The notes under the pieces: generated by a model | Seen by the model: only the letters and a program-made list of their open reading frames with translations | Databases searched by the model: none | Told to the model about the DNA's origin: nothing | Shown: positions 61,201-64,000 of the stretch, one piece after another | How positions within the stretch are numbered: position 1 is the stretch's first letter | Layout: each line of letters starts with the position of its first letter | DNA from: a virus | DNA length: 64,000 bases | Direction: 5' to 3' (one strand) | Virus record (IMG/VR): IMGVR_UViG_3300026076_000001 | Translations under genes and position numbers: made by a program

Positions 61201-64000
61201 ACCATTACGCTCTAATTCAAATATAGTCTGAGCATCATTGAATTGAGCTTCAATGGAGTCCATCTTATAGTACTTACCGTGCTTGAATCCAAAGAATTTC
61301 TGTTGAACACCTGGAGCAATAACAGCAGTACTAGAAATACCAACTGTATTCAGAGTTGCCTCACTTTGAACATCTTCACCATTCAAGAACTCTTTCTCAG
61401 TCATTTCAACCTGAATCCTGTTAGGATTGGGGAAGTCTTGAGTTAAAGTTAGTAGATAGTTATTATTGTTATATGCTGTCTCTTTAATAGTTGTAAGGAC
61501 TATACTGAATAATGTTCTGATAGCAGACTCAACCTGTGCACACTGAGGAATAGAATCAACAGTGATAGTAAGATCTCTATTAGCAGTCAAGGAACTGTAC
61601 TCAATAGGCCATCTCTCTGGAATAGTTCTAGTTACACCAGATTCAAATGTAGTTGGGTTCTGTACAGCATTCTCAATCAAACCAACAAATGTATTAACAG
61701 AAGATTCAACCTGTGCACATTCGTTAGATTCCTTAGTAATAGTAGGATCCTTAATCTGAGTTAAACCGTGAGTACCAACAATATTAACTGTGTTGCTACG
61801 AATAACGTTAGCAAGAATAGTCTTAAGATGTCCCATTACATTCAACACCTCAGGTACTGAGTGCTGAATATGCTCTAGATATCCATCTCTGTCTATGAAT
61901 AGATCAGCAGCATCCCAAACCTTGTTATTACCACCATACTTAAGGTTAAAGACAATAGCCTTGAGGATATCTTTAACGTCATCAACACAATCACCAAGTG
62001 CATCGTGTGAAGAAGAACGAGGATATGTGTGGACAGTTGAATGATTGTCCATACCACAAGTTAGAGAGATAGCATCTCCAAAGAACTTGAATCCTGTATG
62101 TCTATTCAACCTATGAGGTCCGATATCCATTGTGATATCACCTGTATAAGGGTCGTAAACGACAGAAGATGGTTCGTATGGTATTGGTACAGATTTACCA
62201 ACGTGCACAGTAATAGTAGTAGCATCTGCTGCTTTAACTACTAAGTTCCTTCCGTAAGAAGGATCTCCTTTACGTGGATATGCGTGTGGAGTCTCATTAG
62301 CATCCATTGAGCATCTCAATACAATAGAGTGCTCTAGTATTGTGACAGTATTAGAAGTGGTTATAGAGTGACTACCAAGGGTCAACACCATATCACCAGT
62401 TGCAGGGTCATATGCAACATCTGTTGGTTTGAATTTCGCACCTGTGTTAACAGTAATAGCATCATCAAGTGCTCTATCAAAGACGTGTGTATATGTTCCA
62501 CCAGTTGCTAGTGAAGCTTTCTTAACACTATTTGTAGCAGCAGATTGGAATACGTGATTGGTTGTATTACTTGATGGTACAGTTGTATTAACGATTACTT
62601 GGAATGTATCATCTGATACATTACTGATCTCGAACCAACCATCAGATCCCCAGTCTTTCTTATGTTTAATCCCATCTGCGACTCCTGAGGCAAAGGTATG
62701 GTCAGTTGCGTTAGTAGATGGAATAATATCTAATACAGTAACATCAAATGAAGTACCAGAAGCATTGGAAATCTCTAGCCATCTGTTACTTGGATAGTCT
62801 GTATACCTAGGATAACTGTGTGTTGTTTGTCCAGCATCTTCAAGACAAGTAAATGAGATTGCATTATCTTCAAACATAATCCAATCACCATCTGATAGAT
62901 TATGTGCAACAGTTGTACGTACGTTTAGTACACCTGTACTAGGATCATAGCTAGTACCTGTATCAGCAGTAAAGGTATCTGCAATTGCTCTAGGATATGC
63001 GTGATCGTCAGCCTGTCCATTTTCATCACAACGGAATACAATAGAACCTACATCAAATTTAACCCAATCACCATTGCTCCATCCGTGGTCAGCAATAGTA
63101 ACTTCCATTATTCCATTGGAAGGAGTATATGTTGCATTAGTAGGTGTCTTACCTACTTGAGGAACAAACTGATGAGGACTTTGATTTGAAGACTTACCAA
63201 CATTACCTACGATAACACCATCTTGCTTGATAATTCCATTTGTCATTGCAGAGACAAATGTATGATCAGTCTCATTAGTAGATGGTATAGTAGTCAAACA
63301 TTGAATATCAAATGTATTAGTTGTAACATTTGATACAGGAATCCACTTATCACTTATAGGATCTGTCTCTCTTGGATATGGGTGATTAGTCTGATTACCA
63401 TCTTCATCACAGGTAAATGTGAGTGAATGATCAATTAGTTTGATATAATCACCATTTGTTAGTCCGTGACCGTATGTTGTAACACCATTAGAACCAGAAC
63501 CTATGAATGTATGAGGAACATCGTGGCTAATAGCACCTTGTCCACCATTTACATTAATTGTAATAGTTGCAGTATCACATTTGAGGACAGGTAACCAAGT
63601 GTCATAGGCATAATCAGCACCACTTGTAGTATTAGCACCTGCTGCTCTAGGATATGTCTTAGTCTGTGTAGTTCCGTTGTATAGACAACTGAATGATAGT
63701 GAATCAGGAGATAATTTAATCTTATCGAATGTTGTTAGGTGATGAGTACCAATAGTCAACTCCATATCACCTGAAGTTGGGTTGTATGAAGCACCTGTAA
63801 CAGTAAATTGTTGAGTAGGTACTGTTATAGTAACAATTCCAGTATCAGGAAGATATGATGCATCAGTAGCAGTAAGAGGAGTACCCTCGTACTTGATATA
63901 AACAGCATCATCATAATATGGATCAGCAATTACACCTACTCCAACTTGTATTGGTGTTGGTGAACTGATGAATGTATGTGTATAGTCACCACCAGAAACT
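58243..64000 (-). CDS. gp7: giant baseplate wedge protein (gp7-like), 5' end outside the window
   Basis: The frame stays open from the track start 63765 to the window edge (...VSGGDYTHTFISS...PTSGDMELTIG); upstream of gp8; modules typical of cyanophage gp7. Confidence 0.7.
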   Translation of the reverse strand, partial: VSGGDYTHTFISSPTPIQVGVGVIADPYYDDAVYIKYEGTPLTATDASYLPDTGIVTITVPTQQFTVTGASYNPTSGDMELTIGTHHLTTFDKIKLSPDSLSFSCLYNGTTQTKTYPRAAGANTTSGADYAYDTWLPVLKCDTATITINVNGGQGAISHDVPHTFIGSGSNGVTTYGHGLTNGDYIKLIDHSLTFTCDEDGNQTNHPYPRETDPISDKWIPVSNVTTNTFDIQCLTTIPSTNETDHTFVSAMTNGIIKQDGVIVGNVGKSSNQSPHQFVPQVGKTPTNATYTPSNGIMEVTIADHGWSNGDWVKFDVGSIVFRCDENGQADDHAYPRAIADTFTADTGTSYDPSTGVLNVRTTVAHNLSDGDWIMFEDNAISFTCLEDAGQTTHSYPRYTDYPSNRWLEISNASGTSFDVTVLDIIPSTNATDHTFASGVADGIKHKKDWGSDGWFEISNVSDDTFQVIVNTTVPSSNTTNHVFQSAATNSVKKASLATGGTYTHVFDRALDDAITVNTGAKFKPTDVAYDPATGDMVLTLGSHSITTSNTVTILEHSIVLRCSMDANETPHAYPRKGDPSYGRNLVVKAADATTITVHVGKSVPIPYEPSSVVYDPYTGDITMDIGPHRLNRHTGFKFFGDAISLTCGMDNHSTVHTYPRSSSHDALGDCVDDVKDILKAIVFNLKYGGNNKVWDAADLFIDRDGYLEHIQHSVPEVLNVMGHLKTILANVIRSNTVNIVGTHGLTQIKDPTITKESNECAQVESSVNTFVGLIENAVQNPTTFESGVTRTIPERWPIEYSSLTANRDLTITVDSIPQCAQVESAIRTLFSIVLTTIKETAYNNNNYLLTLTQDFPNPNRIQVEMTEKEFLNGEDVQSEATLNTVGISSTAVIAPGVQQKFFGFKHGKYYKMDSIEAQFNDAQTIFELERNGVPFYAERSQNVVVILNGVIQQNRLAYRIEDNIIVFQEAPTEGSACFILYFYGLDPERVLLGFNIEPPGTFKKFFRLTVDQQIVLPLEGADCWISTDPNGGTHTYEYSYARGRIYKQNWAPGARNLLFVEGVTAQKVNWLNGTLSITRDRGASASLLDVTVQAVEETTNADLREKLFNRQDRIPSTLKTGDFIQIDGEAGTRSIIRAAREALVTSGYDSDTTVGSFFRSYEYEVVINVGAYSGQIEGDGAQAVARIDAELRYHSLTSSRQAGVEFLPNDVVCQYNDQNDINSGIVWQGTVKNYIPARKTLELFSLYLDGAGNTDPVAANFRPGEKVYINNVAGTECVGLQYLKPGGVNSIVLSKRDNSTYFDNIAAWRTDNVLNKGVANLGAAFVQQNASANNISQEYDFSSSLYSDDLQDQISKNYREPPVMIFRSQPEVDSNGDPVGAPAGGGARANAVAVRGEIADTEIISAGSGYKVPPQILFTRGYFVIRKNPLDIQNLTTFGIEPVGINAASLMRSYLTTIKKGGAQRTWAQWAAVVPYGVSIVFGNAGSSAYLINRSYDPIIHIRKIIDLQDLATKPQPQIFVELKPEQTRVQYLKTNVTNTQCTGGVQGVSVAITKFRHTETKLTAQSGCVEKQAGTNPQMKGVKETFSPGNLGPHLNYLQSFKFEIQPQSTTNNNGYYTDGMGRTIQYIMGDMNIGWWSEKYPNLTIEDFDNPEVYNSQVNDPGDTNNFVYMQGSEVHFGTKLTYSALDNPNGADTILVDSTAGFPANGGSFIIGSAADQTKVEKMTYTQAFPDRFVGCVRVNPLGVVEKGFSAYDFNTTNVGASVVSGGTVFDSNINYLLFSGAGGARSATFAPTDLTTYNTVTFSAIRGDGSNGGNAPGSAVNDLMLSYSIDGGTTFFDIGSVVTYSQANYTNWNTITQNIPVNAQTATTIIRIYMADSTNMTSDQYGVRLMWFNDTNTDSYVAGDYIITADLDL
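61990..64000 (-). repeat. protein-level tandem repeats (~95-110 aa) in the gp7-like protein
   Basis: At least six copies of Y-x-P-x-T/N-G...H-x-L/W...F/L-x-C-x-x-D/N...H-x-Y-P-R...H-x-F. Confidence 0.85.

Noticed and set aside
1-64000. tRNA genes or CRISPR arrays
   Set aside because: Intergenic gaps are short and explained by promoters and terminators; no cloverleaf or spaced direct-repeat array found by eye (tRNAscan-SE would confirm).

Overview
This window is the core of a T4-like marine cyanomyophage genome (Prochlorococcus/Synechococcus phage type). Almost everything is on the minus strand. In transcription order it runs: a giant gp7-like baseplate protein (truncated by the window edge), gp8, a 2752-aa VrlC-like virion protein, a cluster of domain-shuffled fibre/accessory structural genes, neck/tail-completion genes gp13-gp15, gp16, a ~6.8 kb accessory island, gp17-gp23, gp3, uvsY, uvsW, gp55, gp47, gp46, a vWA/metallopeptidase with the CobS-like AAA+ ATPase, gp45, gp44, small ORFs, a putative 2OG-Fe(II) oxygenase and a Dam-type methylase (truncated). 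The gp16-gp17 island holds the only plus-strand genes: three exported beta-rich proteins. They converge on five membrane-protein genes, and together these are my best candidate for an uncharacterised late-expressed envelope system. The island also carries several short ORFs missed by the track, including a psbN-like gene. Regulatory features visible in the DNA include many T4-type late promoters, consensus sigma70 promoters inside the late region, and two promoters sharing an identically spaced palindrome + hairpin + TATAAT layout. I saw no tRNA, CRISPR array, intron, intein or reverse transcriptase. Family assignments come from motif recognition and synteny, not database searches.
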